From Kiritimatiellia bacterium (GTDB lineage: Bacteria; Verrucomicrobiota; Kiritimatiellia; RFP12; UBA1067), in the NCBI GenBank assembly GCA_018384485.1, contig JAHBAE010000089.1, forward strand, positions 1 to 48,701: DNA of 48,701 bases. Direction: 5' to 3'. Both the position numbers and the translations under genes were made by a program. This document shows positions 36,388-46,350 of this stretch, in pieces. The notes under the pieces were generated by a model, which was not told the origin of the DNA, searched no databases, and saw nothing but the letters and a program-made list of their open reading frames with translations. How positions within the stretch are numbered: position 1 is the stretch's first letter; every line of letters begins with the position of its first letter.

Positions 36388-36434
36388 GGTGTTTGGCTTG
36401 TTGCAGGCATTAGGCGCCCTTTTGGGAAAAGAGC

Positions 36435-37346
36435 ATGTCAGCAGATATTAAAGAATTGATGGCGAAGGTGGGGAGAATAAGAATCCTCACCAACAGGCTG
36501 ATTGACGATCAGCTTTCGGGCGATTACCATTCCTCGTTCAAAGGGCAGGGAGTGGAGTTTGACGAGGTTCGTCCGTATACGCCGGGTGACGATGTAAGAA
36601 CTATCGACTGGAATGTCACGGCGCGTACGGGCATGCCGTTTATAAAACGCTTCAGCGAGGAGCGCGAGCTTACGATTCTTTTTCTCGTCGATGTTTCAGG
36701 TTCGCAGAGCTACGGTTCTCAGCGCAGGTCCAAGATGGAGCTTGCCGCGGAGGTTACGGCACTTCTCGCTCTTACGGCGATAAGAAACCAGGATAAGATA
36801 GGCCTTGTTCTTTTTTCCGATAAGATCGTCAAATATATTCCGCCGCGCAAAGGGCGCGATTCCGTGATGCGTCTCGTGCGCGAAGTGCTTGCCGCCGAGG
36901 ACGGCGCTGAAGGCGCAACGGATATATCAGAGGCGCTCCGTTTTCTAAACGGCGTGCAGAAGCGTCGCGCGGTAGTTTTTCTCGTGTCTGATTTTATTTC
37001 CTCCGGAACGGCGAGGGAAGAGGGGAAGGGTTCCTTTGAGCGTCTTTTGCGGGCCACGGCGCACCATCATGATCTTGTTTGCGTGCCTGTTTCAGATCCG
37101 GCGGAACGCACTCTGCCTGATGTCGGTCTCGTGGAGATTGAGGACCCTGAGACGGGTGAGCTTCTTTTGGTCGATACATCAAGTGCGAAGGTGCGCAGGG
37201 AGTTTTCCGAGAAGGCTCTCGATGAGGAATCTCGCCTTTCGCGGATGTTCCTTAAATCAGGGATTGAAACTCTCTATATCTCAACCGACAAGCCTTACAT
37301 CGACGGGGTAAGGGCGCTTTTTAAAAGGCGCGCTAAGAAGCGCTGA
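36435..37346 (+). CDS. DUF58 domain protein
   Basis: G.G.EFDEVR.Y.PGDDVR.IDWNVTAR, DVSGS and SDF. Confidence 0.92.
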   Translation: MSADIKELMAKVGRIRILTNRLIDDQLSGDYHSSFKGQGVEFDEVRPYTPGDDVRTIDWNVTARTGMPFIKRFSEERELTILFLVDVSGSQSYGSQRRSKMELAAEVTALLALTAIRNQDKIGLVLFSDKIVKYIPPRKGRDSVMRLVREVLAAEDGAEGATDISEALRFLNGVQKRRAVVFLVSDFISSGTAREEGKGSFERLLRATAHHHDLVCVPVSDPAERTLPDVGLVEIEDPETGELLLVDTSSAKVRREFSEKALDEESRLSRMFLKSGIETLYISTDKPYIDGVRALFKRRAKKR

Positions 37347-37376
37347 TATTCATTTTATTCGGGAGGTGAGCGGATA

Positions 37377-38246
37377 ATGTTTCTTCTAAGTTTGATGGCA
37401 GCCATCCTTTTTGAAGCGTCGCAAAACGGCGTTTCAGTGAAGGTGGAGTCGGATACGCAGGTGATCGACCCTGCAAAAAGCGTTTTTTTAAAAGTTGAAG
37501 TGATTTCCTCCTCGTCGAAGGAAGTCCCTCTTCCCGATCTGCGCGATCGCGTGACAGGCTTTTCCTTAGCGGAGGATTTTGAAGATGAGCCGCTCCGAGA
37601 GAAGAACGGCACTGTAGTGAAAACGGCGAACTGGAGGCTCGTTCCTGAGCCTTGTGCGGAAGTTTATAAAATCCGCCCGTTTGCAGTTGGCGATATGGTG
37701 GCAGGCCCCGTGTATTTTACGCCTCCCGAGCCGCGTGAAAGCGTGACGGGAGAGATGGAATGTTCGCCCAAGAAGGATTTGCCTCCGCTTTCATGGAAGT
37801 TAGCGGGTATTGTCGCTTTAATTCTTTCCGCTGCGGCAGTTTTATGTTTTGCCGTTTTCAAACTTCTCTCGTTTGCGGCGAGAAAGGTGAAAGAACATCG
37901 GATGAGTCCGATTGAGCGCGCATGGGTGGAGCTTGATAGGCTTCTTCTTAAAGGGCTTCCTGGCAGAGGCCGCTACAAAGATTTTTATGTTGAGCTTACG
38001 ATGGTCGTAAGGCGCTATGTTCAGCGCAAATACGGAATCAGAGCGCCTCATCTTACGACAGAGGAGTTTCTTCTCCAGTTTCGCGATGCGGGTGCGGCGG
38101 GCAAGGAGGCTCTCGCAAAGTTTCTTGAGTCTGCCGATATGGTGAAGTTCGCAGGCGTTGAGGCGAATCCTGAAATGGCCGACGAAGCTACGCAGGCTGC
38201 GCGTGGATACTTGAAAGACGATTCGTCAGACAGGAGGGCTCAATGA
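37377..38246 (+). CDS. Bat-operon-associated membrane protein
   Basis: Signal-like N-terminus, one TM, and C-terminal FY..LT..VRRY....A..LTTEEF...ADMVKFA typical of the gene between DUF58 and batA. Confidence 0.75.
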   Translation: MFLLSLMAAILFEASQNGVSVKVESDTQVIDPAKSVFLKVEVISSSSKEVPLPDLRDRVTGFSLAEDFEDEPLREKNGTVVKTANWRLVPEPCAEVYKIRPFAVGDMVAGPVYFTPPEPRESVTGEMECSPKKDLPPLSWKLAGIVALILSAAAVLCFAVFKLLSFAARKVKEHRMSPIERAWVELDRLLLKGLPGRGRYKDFYVELTMVVRRYVQRKYGIRAPHLTTEEFLLQFRDAGAAGKEALAKFLESADMVKFAGVEANPEMADEATQAARGYLKDDSSDRRAQ

Positions 38247-39292
38247 CATTCGCCTTTCCATGGATGTTCGCTTTTCTCCTTCCTCTCGCCTTTGCCGCGT
38301 GGCGGCTTTTGAGGCGTGGAAGAAAAGCGGGCATACGCTTTTCTGGTTTTGGCCGTCTTCCGAAATCTTCCTCGGCTGGGCTTAGAGCCCGCATTGCGGC
38401 CTTATCGCCATTCATTCTTCTTGCTGCGCTCGCTCTTCTCGTTATCGCCGCCGCGCGTCCCCGCACCCCGCTTGCGCGCGCTAAAAAGACGGTTGACGCT
38501 ATAGCCATAGCGATGACGGTAGATGTCTCAGGTTCGATGGAGGCTCTTGATCTGACGCCGAAGGGAGAGCGCTTCTCGCGTGAAACGACGCGCCTTGCGA
38601 TAGTGAAAAAACTTTTTGCGGAGTTTGTGGAAAACCGCCCCGATGATCTTATAGGTCTTGTTACGTTCGGTGGCTATGCTGCGACGCGCTCGCCGTTGAC
38701 GGCGGATCATCAGGCTCTTCTGAATGTCCTTAAAGCGGTGCAGATTCCCACCGGTTCTTACGATGCCCAAGGCCGTGCGATCGCTTCCGACGAGGCGATG
38801 ACGGCGATAGGCGATGGCCTTGCGACTGCTCTTGCGCGCCTTAAAGATGCCGCGCCGAAGTCGAAAATCGTCATTCTCCTTTCTGACGGAGTAAGCAATA
38901 CTGGTGCGGTCGAGCCAGAAGCGGCCGCTGAGGCTGCGGCGAAAATGGGCGTTAAAGTCTACGCCATCGGCGTCGGCACGCGAGCGAGACGCACTCCCAT
39001 CTTTGCGCGTGACATATTCGGGCGCGTTTCCATCGGTTATTCCGATATGGCATTTGACGAGGGGCAGCTTAAGGCAATTTCGCGAAAGACGGGCGGGGCG
39101 TACTTCCCTGTAAACGACCGTGATTCTTTGAAAAAGGCGCTTGAAGAGATTGACAAACTCGAGACTACGACAATAGAGTCTCAGGCATACGACAGATGGG
39201 ATGAGCATTTTCCTCTCTTTCTTTTCGCCGGAGCGATTTTCGCTTTCGTAGCGGTTACGCTTTCGATGGCGTCAGCAAGGAGAATGGCGTGA
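38243..39292 (+). CDS. batA: VWA-domain protein (BatA-like)
   Basis: N-terminal F.FPW...ARP, MIDAS DVSGSM, TAIGDGL, LLSDG.SN.G and TGG.YF. Confidence 0.88.
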   Translation: MTFAFPWMFAFLLPLAFAAWRLLRRGRKAGIRFSGFGRLPKSSSAGLRARIAALSPFILLAALALLVIAAARPRTPLARAKKTVDAIAIAMTVDVSGSMEALDLTPKGERFSRETTRLAIVKKLFAEFVENRPDDLIGLVTFGGYAATRSPLTADHQALLNVLKAVQIPTGSYDAQGRAIASDEAMTAIGDGLATALARLKDAAPKSKIVILLSDGVSNTGAVEPEAAAEAAAKMGVKVYAIGVGTRARRTPIFARDIFGRVSIGYSDMAFDEGQLKAISRKTGGAYFPVNDRDSLKKALEEIDKLETTTIESQAYDRWDEHFPLFLFAGAIFAFVAVTLSMASARRMA

Positions 39293-41316
39293 CTTCCGAA
39301 AGCGCATTTGTCCGGGATCTTGCAGTTCTTATGGCGATTGCCGGAGGAATAGCCGTTCTCTTTTCGCGTCTGAAATGGCCTAAGGTGATAGGCTATATTT
39401 TAGTCGGTGTCTTAATCGGTTCTCACACGCCCGGAGGCAGTTTTCTTGCCAATCCCGATTCAATAGGCGTGATAGGGCAGCTTGGCGTCGTGTTTCTCAT
39501 GTTTGCGATGGGCCTTTCCTTTTCTGCGCGAGATATGAAACGCATTCGTGCCGTGGCTCTTCCGGTGGCTCTCGTAGATACTCTGGTGATGACGTGGCTT
39601 GGGCATACCTTGGGAACTCGCGTTTTCGGCTGGTCTTCAGTTCCGTCTTTCTTTCTCGGGCTTGCCATGTGCGACTCGGCAACAACCCTTCTTGCAAAAG
39701 TCGTCGGCGAAATGGGTTGGGCGAATAAGCCGTTTACAAAGTACGCGCTCGGAACTTCAGTGTGTGAAGATATTCTCTGTGTCGGCATGATTGCCGTTGC
39801 CACAGGCTTTGCAAACGGCGGCGGAATGTCGGCTGGCGCATTTGCCGCGTCGCTTGGTTGGCTTTTTGTTTTCTTTCTTGCCGTTCTCGTTTTCGGGTTT
39901 GTTCTTGTGCCGCGTCTTCTTAAATCGGTCGATCGCCGCCGTGACGACGAAGCTTTGTGCCTTACGATGCTCGGGCTTTGCTTCTTCGTCTCGTTCATCG
40001 CCTATAAGTGTGATTTCTCCCTTGCTCTCGGCGCATTTCTCATTGGCATTGTAGGAGCTTCAAGCGATGTTCATGGAAAGGTTGCCAATCTTGTTGAGCC
40101 GTTGAAGACGATGTTCGCCGCCGTGTTCTTCGTGTCGATAGGTCTTCTTGTCGATCCCGTGGTTCTTTGGAATCATGCTCCTAAGATACTTCTCGTTTCT
40201 GCTGTTATCATGGGCGGCAAGTTTGTTAACATTTTATTCGCCTCTGTCGCAACGGGGCTTGATGTGAAAACTTCCGTCCAATGCGCCATGTCGCTTGCGC
40301 AGACGGGGGAATTTGCTTTTATGGTGGCAGTTCTTTACGCTGGGCTTACAAACAATCCGGAAAGCGATGTCTTCCCGGTTGCCGTTGGAGCGTCGCTTCT
40401 AACGACGCTTCTAAATCCTTTTATGGTCCGTTCGTCCGACAGAGTCGGCGATATTATCCAGTCGCGCATTCCTTCAAAAGCGCGTGAGTTTTTAGCGGCG
40501 TATCATTCGTGGCTTGAGCGCATCAGCGCCTCGGAGGGTGCCCTGGCGTTTTCGAAGTTGAAGGGAGACCTTGTTAAACTCGGCGTTTATATAGTTCTTA
40601 TGATCGCCGTCGCAGCTTCATGCTCGTTTCTCCACCGCATAGACTTTAGCGCGCTTTCAGGTGTTCTTGAGTCTAATGACGTCATAATTTCTTTCTTGCT
40701 CGCAAATTTCTTTTCGGTCTCCCTTTTGCCGCTTGTTCTTGCCGCGTCGCGTTCTGTCGGCAGCGATGTTGCGGAGCTTCTTTCCGGTGAGGGCGCCTCT
40801 TCAAAATGGAGCAGCGCATTCCGTCAGGTGGTGAGGTCGATTTCCGCAGTCTCGGCAAGCGCGATATTTTTCGTGGTCTGGACGATGATCAACGTGACCA
40901 TCGCGCCCTCTGGCGGATGGCCGGCCTTGGCTGTGGGCGGTACGATAATCGTTTTCGGCATTGTCGGCTGGCAGCTTTTCATCAATATCGGGCGGCGCGC
41001 CACCGAGCGGTTTTTTGAAGCTCTTACGGCGGAGGAGCGCCGCGAGGGATTGGCTCGCTCTACTTCAGTTCCCGCCCCCCACGGTGATGTACATCGCTTT
41101 GTTCTTGATGGCTACTCGCCTGTGGCGGGCGCCACTATCGGGTCGCTTGGCGTGCGGGCGAAGACGGGCGCGATGATTGTTGCCGTTGACAGATCAGGGC
41201 ACATGACGCGCAATGTCGGGCCTGATTGGGAGCTTGAGGAGGGCGATACGCTTTTCGTTCTCGGCAATCCCTCTCAGCTTGCGGCGCTAAAAGATCTTTT
41301 GGGAGTTACTGCGTGA
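39289..41316 (+). CDS. CPA2 cation:proton antiporter with a C-terminal TrkA-C (RCK_C) domain
   Basis: GYILVGVLIG, SLALGAF, FFVSIG, QTGEFAF and C-terminal R.KTGA.IVA..R...L..GD. Confidence 0.9.
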   Translation: MTSESAFVRDLAVLMAIAGGIAVLFSRLKWPKVIGYILVGVLIGSHTPGGSFLANPDSIGVIGQLGVVFLMFAMGLSFSARDMKRIRAVALPVALVDTLVMTWLGHTLGTRVFGWSSVPSFFLGLAMCDSATTLLAKVVGEMGWANKPFTKYALGTSVCEDILCVGMIAVATGFANGGGMSAGAFAASLGWLFVFFLAVLVFGFVLVPRLLKSVDRRRDDEALCLTMLGLCFFVSFIAYKCDFSLALGAFLIGIVGASSDVHGKVANLVEPLKTMFAAVFFVSIGLLVDPVVLWNHAPKILLVSAVIMGGKFVNILFASVATGLDVKTSVQCAMSLAQTGEFAFMVAVLYAGLTNNPESDVFPVAVGASLLTTLLNPFMVRSSDRVGDIIQSRIPSKAREFLAAYHSWLERISASEGALAFSKLKGDLVKLGVYIVLMIAVAASCSFLHRIDFSALSGVLESNDVIISFLLANFFSVSLLPLVLAASRSVGSDVAELLSGEGASSKWSSAFRQVVRSISAVSASAIFFVVWTMINVTIAPSGGWPALAVGGTIIVFGIVGWQLFINIGRRATERFFEALTAEERREGLARSTSVPAPHGDVHRFVLDGYSPVAGATIGSLGVRAKTGAMIVAVDRSGHMTRNVGPDWELEEGDTLFVLGNPSQLAALKDLLGVTA

Positions 41317-42257
41317 GCATTTCAGGAAAGTATGTCGGGAGGCTGGCTCCCAGCCCTACCGGTGCGCTTCACCTTGGCAATGTGCGCACTTTCATGATCG
41401 CATATCTTCGAGCCCGCTCTCTTGGCGGCAAAGTGATCATGCGCATGGAAGACCTTGATCATCCGCGCGATAAGGCAGGGGCCGATTTGCAGGCTCTTGA
41501 GGATTTGAAATGGCTTGGCTTTGAGTGGGATGAATTTTACAGGCAGTCCGAAAGAGTTGACCTTTACCGCGAGGCCGTGCGCAAACTTCACGAAAAATCG
41601 CTCATATATCCGTGCGTATGTTCTCGGCGTGATGTGGAAGCTGCGCAGTCGGCTCCGCATGAGGGCGATCAGCTCTACTATCCGGGCACTTGCAGAGGAA
41701 AGTTTTCTTCTTGGCAGGAAGCGGCGAAGGTGAAAAATTCTCCGTGCTGGAGGTTTGCCGTGCCTTCGCAATCTGTAATTTCCTTTGAAGATGTTTTTGC
41801 ATCTTATTTCTCAATGAATGTTTCACGAACGCTTGGTGATTTCCCTCTTGCGCGTGACGAGTCGGGAGCCGGCTACACTCTTGCCGTCGTCGTCGACGAT
41901 CTTCAAATGGGAGTTACCGAGGTTGTCAGAGGAGATGATCTTCTCGCTGCAACTCCAGCGCAGATTCTTCTTGCGCGGCACCTTGGCGCGGAAAAAATCC
42001 CAGAGTATTGCCATGTTCCACTCGTGGTCGGGAGCGATGGCAAGCGCCTTGCAAAACGTCACGGCGATACGCGCATTGCGTCATTTCGCGAACGAGGAGT
42101 AAAGCCAGAGGAGATCATCGGGTTCCTCGCAGCTTCTTGCGGGTGGTGTGAAAAGGGCGAGAGTGTTTCTCTTGAGAATCTGCTGCCGCGTTTTTCTCTC
42201 AATACGATTAATCATTCTCCGTTTGTTGTTGACGATAAAATATTTCAAGGAGGCTAA
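41313..42257 (+). CDS. gluQ: glutamyl-Q tRNA(Asp) synthetase
   Basis: GRLAPSPTG.LHLGN, RMEDLD, LAVVVDD, VVRG.DL and RLAKR; short, with no anticodon domain. Confidence 0.9.
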   Translation: MSISGKYVGRLAPSPTGALHLGNVRTFMIAYLRARSLGGKVIMRMEDLDHPRDKAGADLQALEDLKWLGFEWDEFYRQSERVDLYREAVRKLHEKSLIYPCVCSRRDVEAAQSAPHEGDQLYYPGTCRGKFSSWQEAAKVKNSPCWRFAVPSQSVISFEDVFASYFSMNVSRTLGDFPLARDESGAGYTLAVVVDDLQMGVTEVVRGDDLLAATPAQILLARHLGAEKIPEYCHVPLVVGSDGKRLAKRHGDTRIASFRERGVKPEEIIGFLAASCGWCEKGESVSLENLLPRFSLNTINHSPFVVDDKIFQGG

Positions 42258-42259
42258 AA

Positions 42260-42739
42260 ATGGTGACGGCTGAAAAACTCGTTAGAATGCTCGCCGAAAA
42301 AAGGTTGACCTGCGCAACGGCAGAGTCGTGCACGGGCGGCGGAGTCGGCGCGGCAATTACGGCGGTGGCAGGAGCAAGTGAAGTTTTCTGGGGCGGAGTT
42401 ATAAGCTACGATAACAGTGTAAAACGCGATGTCCTGGGAGTTGATGGGGCTCTTCTTGAAAACAAGGGGGCGGTGTCGGCGGAATGTGCCGCTGAAATGG
42501 CACAAGGCGTTCGCAGGCTTTTAAAAACGGATCTCGCGGTCTCAGTTACCGGCATTGCCGGCCCAGGCGGCGGAACACGCGAAAAACCAGTCGGGCTCGT
42601 CTGGTTCGCGACCGCATCGGCGGAAAGGGTGCATACGGAAAGCAGAATCTTTCCCGGCTCCCGCGATGAAGTGCGCAAGGCGGCGGCTCTACATGCGCTG
42701 GAACTTTTGATGGCCGCCGCGTCGTTTCGCGAAGTTTAA
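42260..42739 (+). CDS. pncC: CinA C-terminal family / NMN deamidase
   Basis: AESCTGG, GAVS, TGIAGPGG and KPVGLV. Confidence 0.93.
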   Translation: MVTAEKLVRMLAEKRLTCATAESCTGGGVGAAITAVAGASEVFWGGVISYDNSVKRDVLGVDGALLENKGAVSAECAAEMAQGVRRLLKTDLAVSVTGIAGPGGGTREKPVGLVWFATASAERVHTESRIFPGSRDEVRKAAALHALELLMAAASFREV

Positions 42740-43813
42740 GCTTCCTTGCCTCTCGCCGCGGGCAATGTGGCTGACGGCCTTTGACGCGGTCGCAAAAGCG
42801 AGTGAAAGGTTGTATCCTCCTGTCGGGCCGTCTATATCAAGAACCTCGCCTGCAAAATAAAGCCCAGGCACTTTCTTTGACTGCATAGTCGCGCTGTCGA
42901 CATCGGCAAGGCTTACGCCACCAATGGTGACGATCGCTTCCTTTAGCGGCCGCGAGCGCAGATTCTCGAATTTGAGCCGCTCCTTCGCAAACCATACTTC
43001 GAGAGTAAAGTTTTTGAGCCCTTCATGCTCAATGTATCTTTGGCAGTTGTATATCGCGCCGCCGCTCAATCCGAATTTTTCGCAGTCGACTTCGCCCCTA
43101 TAGTCAAAGAGAACGCGCCCTTCGGGGGAGATGACTTTTGCGCGTCCGTCTTCAAAGCGCCTTCCTGCAAGTGCGGTTACTCTGCGTTCCTGAGTTTCCA
43201 TGCCGATAAGACCTGGCTTAAGCGCGGTAATTTCATGGCCGAGAGCGCGAGCGAAATTCTGGCCGTCGCCGACGCTTCCTGTTTTTGGATAGCTTGCGCC
43301 CCCCGTAGCGATAATGACATTGTCGGCTTCAATGTCGAAAGTGGCTGTATGCACAACAAAGCCGCCGCCGCGAAGAGGTGTTATTCCTCTTACCGGGCAG
43401 TTTGTCAAAACCGGCAGCCCCTTGTCGCGGAGGATGTCCCCGAAAGCGTGTACGATTGTCGCCGCCTTTCCATCGGCGGGGAACATTCTCCCGTCGCTCA
43501 TGCGGCGTAAGGGAATGGAGAGGGAGCGGAAGAATTTAATGATTTCGCGCGGCGGACATTCGCGTATGGCGGGAGTTATCCAATCGGCGGAGTATTTGAC
43601 GTCACGGATGAAATCTTCGCTTGAAATGTCTTTTGTGAAATTGCATCTTCCGTTGGCGGTCATCAAAACTTTCGCGCCAAGGCGCGCTTTGCGCTCGATG
43701 AGAAGCGCGGGAGTTTTCTGCATTGCTGCGGAAACGGCCGCGAACATACCGGCAGCGCCGCCGCCGATTATCGCGATCTTCACTCTCTTATTCGTGTTGT
43801 ATAAATTGTTCAT
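42689..43813 (-). CDS. HI0933/YhiN/BaiN-family flavoprotein
   Basis: IIGGGAAG, NGRCNFT, ATGG.SYP..GS.GDG, GLYFAGEVLD.DG.TGGYNL. Overlaps the convergent pncC by 51 bp. Confidence 0.92.
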   Translation of the reverse strand: MNNLYNTNKRVKIAIIGGGAAGMFAAVSAAMQKTPALLIERKARLGAKVLMTANGRCNFTKDISSEDFIRDVKYSADWITPAIRECPPREIIKFFRSLSIPLRRMSDGRMFPADGKAATIVHAFGDILRDKGLPVLTNCPVRGITPLRGGGFVVHTATFDIEADNVIIATGGASYPKTGSVGDGQNFARALGHEITALKPGLIGMETQERRVTALAGRRFEDGRAKVISPEGRVLFDYRGEVDCEKFGLSGGAIYNCQRYIEHEGLKNFTLEVWFAKERLKFENLRSRPLKEAIVTIGGVSLADVDSATMQSKKVPGLYFAGEVLDIDGPTGGYNLSLAFATASKAVSHIARGERQGSLNFAKRRGGHQKFQRM

Positions 43814-43824
43814 GGGTGAAACGG

Positions 43825-44433
43825 TTAAAGGCAGCGCGCATTGCCGCGATCGCTCTCTTCCATCGTGGATACGATTGAAGAGAGCTTTCCAACAAGTCGA
43901 TTTTTGATGACATCGACGTTGCCGCGCGTGATGCCGAAGCGAGAGGCTACATCCTCAGGCGACTCGTGCAGGAGAGCGACATGGCGGAATATCTCGCGGT
44001 TGCGCTGATTTATTGAGGGGTCTGCCAGAAGCTGATCGATCGCAACTTTCAATATCCGCTCTTTTCGGTCGTTTTCCTCGTAATTATTGTTTTTGACAGT
44101 TGCTACGGTAGGATCGTCTGCTGCGAGCTGGGCAATTTCAGTCTCTCGTTTCTGATTGCGAATCTGGTCAAGCGCCTTGTGCCGTACAATTCCTATCAAA
44201 TACGATTTAAAATGCCCGTTTTCATCTGGTGTATAATGGTAGTTGGGAAGTGCTTTTACGAGCGAGCGCATTGTCTCTTGGATGATGTCGTCATGATCAA
44301 GCGCCGAATAATGCGATGATAGATAGCTACGCATCATGGGCTCGTATTTGTAAAAAAATTCAGACCACCTTGCAGTCGTGGTGTCGTTCGCTATCGCTTT
44401 TAATAGCGTAATTGATGTTTTAATAGGTGTCAT
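43825..44433 (-). CDS. ECF RNA polymerase sigma-70 factor (PVC-type)
   Basis: TSITLL...WSEF...Y.P, DDIIQE, G.FKSYL.GI.R and a region-4 HTH (VASRFGITRGNV..IKNR). TGaTATAAT at 44455-44447. Confidence 0.88.
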   Translation of the reverse strand: MTPIKTSITLLKAIANDTTTARWSEFFYKYEPMMRSYLSSHYSALDHDDIIQETMRSLVKALPNYHYTPDENGHFKSYLIGIVRHKALDQIRNQKRETEIAQLAADDPTVATVKNNNYEENDRKERILKVAIDQLLADPSINQRNREIFRHVALLHESPEDVASRFGITRGNVDVIKNRLVGKLSSIVSTMEESDRGNARCL

Positions 44434-44501
44434 AATTTACTCTTGAATTATATCATTTTTTTTGTAAGATTGTACTCGGTCGGTCAACACCCACAGATTC
44501 C

Positions 44502-44550
44502 AAATGGAGGAGACGGAAGTCGACTAACGTCGCCATCGTCTCCTCCATTT
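44502..44550. terminator. long hairpin at the IS end downstream of the transposase
   Basis: AAATGGAGGAGACG (44502-44515) pairs with CGTCTCCTCCATTT (44537-44550), with an inner CGAC/GTCG stem. Confidence 0.6.
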
Positions 44551-44671
44551 ACAATAATGCCATACACTTCTTCACCCAAATCGTTATTTTAGGCAAAGCG
44601 CAGCCACACCGATGCGTCGCATCGGTATGAATTTCGCGGCGTAACCTCGGGAACCGCACCCCGATTACATC

Positions 44672-46039
44672 TCACGCCACCAAATGATATCGCCGCATTC
44701 TCATAACACCGATTTCTGCGACAGGAAAATAGTGCAACCCAATCATCAAAAATCCCACGAACAACAATTTAGCCCAGCCTTCCGCCGTTATTTTACGACA
44801 TTTCTCACTTAACCTCACCAACATCCCTTGTTCAAACACTTGCCATAATGCATACGCTATTTGCATTAAGACATGGTAATTCTTTCCCGCCTTATCATCA
44901 TTACAAAAAGTGTGTTCCAACCCGAAACCTCCGTACTTCTCCACTTTAAATCCGTTTTCGATATTCCATCGACGTCTGCCATAATTTATAACCTGTTTCG
45001 CACGTTCAAATGATGAAACTTCAAAACTCGTACAAAATTCACCATTGTATGCATCTTCACCAACACCCCAGCAGCTCATTCTCACCACTCGAAAGTTCAC
45101 ACCTTCTCCATCTTCATATGCAGTTCCCCGACCGTCAACCCATGTCAGCAATCCGTAAGAATCAACTTCGTTATTCCCACTTTCTTGCTTCAGAAGCCCG
45201 TATTGTAACGTTCTGTGCATCGCAGAATTGATATTTTCATATATCCGCGGCATCGACCCCTCCTTAAATGTCAAAATGTATTCCCATTTATAATCACGGC
45301 AGATATCCATTACACTTTTACAAGCATAAAGAGCATCCCCTAAAATGCAAAATCCTTGATTAGGGAAGTAGCGTTTCAACCGCTTTGACAAACGCTTGAA
45401 TGCTTCCAATTCACAATCCTGCTTTTCTCTTTCGCTGTTGTATGGTTCAACACTCTCCGTCAATAGCGGAATATTCCATCCCCATGGTGTTATAATTCGT
45501 GCCTCCAAACAATAACGCCGCTTTTCTATAGCATCCAGCTCGCTTGAACGTTTGCGCTCGCAAAGAGTTCCGTCTATCGCAACACACAAACACCCAAATA
45601 ATCTGGCATTATCAAACAACTTACTGCGTATCATATATCGCACCAGCTCAACCAATACCTTTTCGAGTGCTTTAGTTTCAACATCTCGCAAGAGATTAGT
45701 GCAAGTTTGAGAACAAGCTGTATGAAGCTTGCGATCATCTGGATTATAAGGTTGCCCCGATAATTCAAAAATACTTGCCGAATAGGCTCTTGTATTGCGC
45801 GTCATATCCATTTGATTGCGACTTCGAAGACGAAGAAAAAAGCCCATAATCACCGTCCAATAAAGGGAAAGCGACGAGTATGCGCAATTATCCTCGTCGC
45901 GATTCCCGTTTAATTCAACCAAATGTGGGTTTATTACTTGCCGGTACGGCTCAATGAACCCTCTCAGCGCTTTAAGCACTTCGCCGCAGTCTGGCTGCGC
46001 TGCTGGCGTACGACCTTTGAAGGCAAAGGCTTTTTGCAT
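44672..46039 (-). CDS. DDE transposase (DDE_Tnp_1-like; IS4 superfamily/ISAs1-like/ISNCY)
   Basis: VAIDGT, ILGDALY and RRRWNIENGFK triad motifs. The likely start is ATG 46039, because the longer ORF overlaps the accessory gene. Confidence 0.9.
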   Translation of the reverse strand: MQKAFAFKGRTPAAQPDCGEVLKALRGFIEPYRQVINPHLVELNGNRDEDNCAYSSLSLYWTVIMGFFLRLRSRNQMDMTRNTRAYSASIFELSGQPYNPDDRKLHTACSQTCTNLLRDVETKALEKVLVELVRYMIRSKLFDNARLFGCLCVAIDGTLCERKRSSELDAIEKRRYCLEARIITPWGWNIPLLTESVEPYNSEREKQDCELEAFKRLSKRLKRYFPNQGFCILGDALYACKSVMDICRDYKWEYILTFKEGSMPRIYENINSAMHRTLQYGLLKQESGNNEVDSYGLLTWVDGRGTAYEDGEGVNFRVVRMSCWGVGEDAYNGEFCTSFEVSSFERAKQVINYGRRRWNIENGFKVEKYGGFGLEHTFCNDDKAGKNYHVLMQIAYALWQVFEQGMLVRLSEKCRKITAEGWAKLLFVGFLMIGLHYFPVAEIGVMRMRRYHLVA

Positions 46040-46350
46040 CCAGTGGTTGGATTCGTCTTTGAGGCTAAAACCGACGGAAGGATTGATCTTGAAGAGTCGT
46101 TCAATTCCTTCAAACGATTCTTCACCTCCTTCCAGCGGTTTACCCAGTCCTCCACCTCTGCAACCGCCTGAAATGGAATATAGACAGTCTTTGTCCGACC
46201 CTCCACCTTGTGTGTAAGCTGATATCGTACTGAATTTTTCAGATTCACTTTTGATATCGTCCCCTCGAGAACAGGTCCTTGTGAGAGCAACAGCTTGAGT
46301 TTGCTCGTAATGCGCCGATAAGACGCCCAGTTTTTCTTTTTTATATTCAT
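45964..46350 (-). CDS. IS accessory protein (DUF6788-like)
   Basis: G.I....YQLT.KV.GRTKTVYIP....EV..WV..WK..K..LKEL pattern. Basic protein with its own TTGACT-N17-TATAAT promoter. Confidence 0.72.
   Translation of the reverse strand: MNIKKKNWASYRRITSKLKLLLSQGPVLEGTISKVNLKNSVRYQLTHKVEGRTKTVYIPFQAVAEVEDWVNRWKEVKNRLKELNDSSRSILPSVLASKTNPTTGCKKPLPSKVVRQQRSQTAAKCLKR

Noticed and set aside
42689-42739. 51-bp convergent overlap of pncC and the flavoprotein gene
   Set aside because: Probably a simple stop-codon loss extending a non-conserved tail, with no sign of function.
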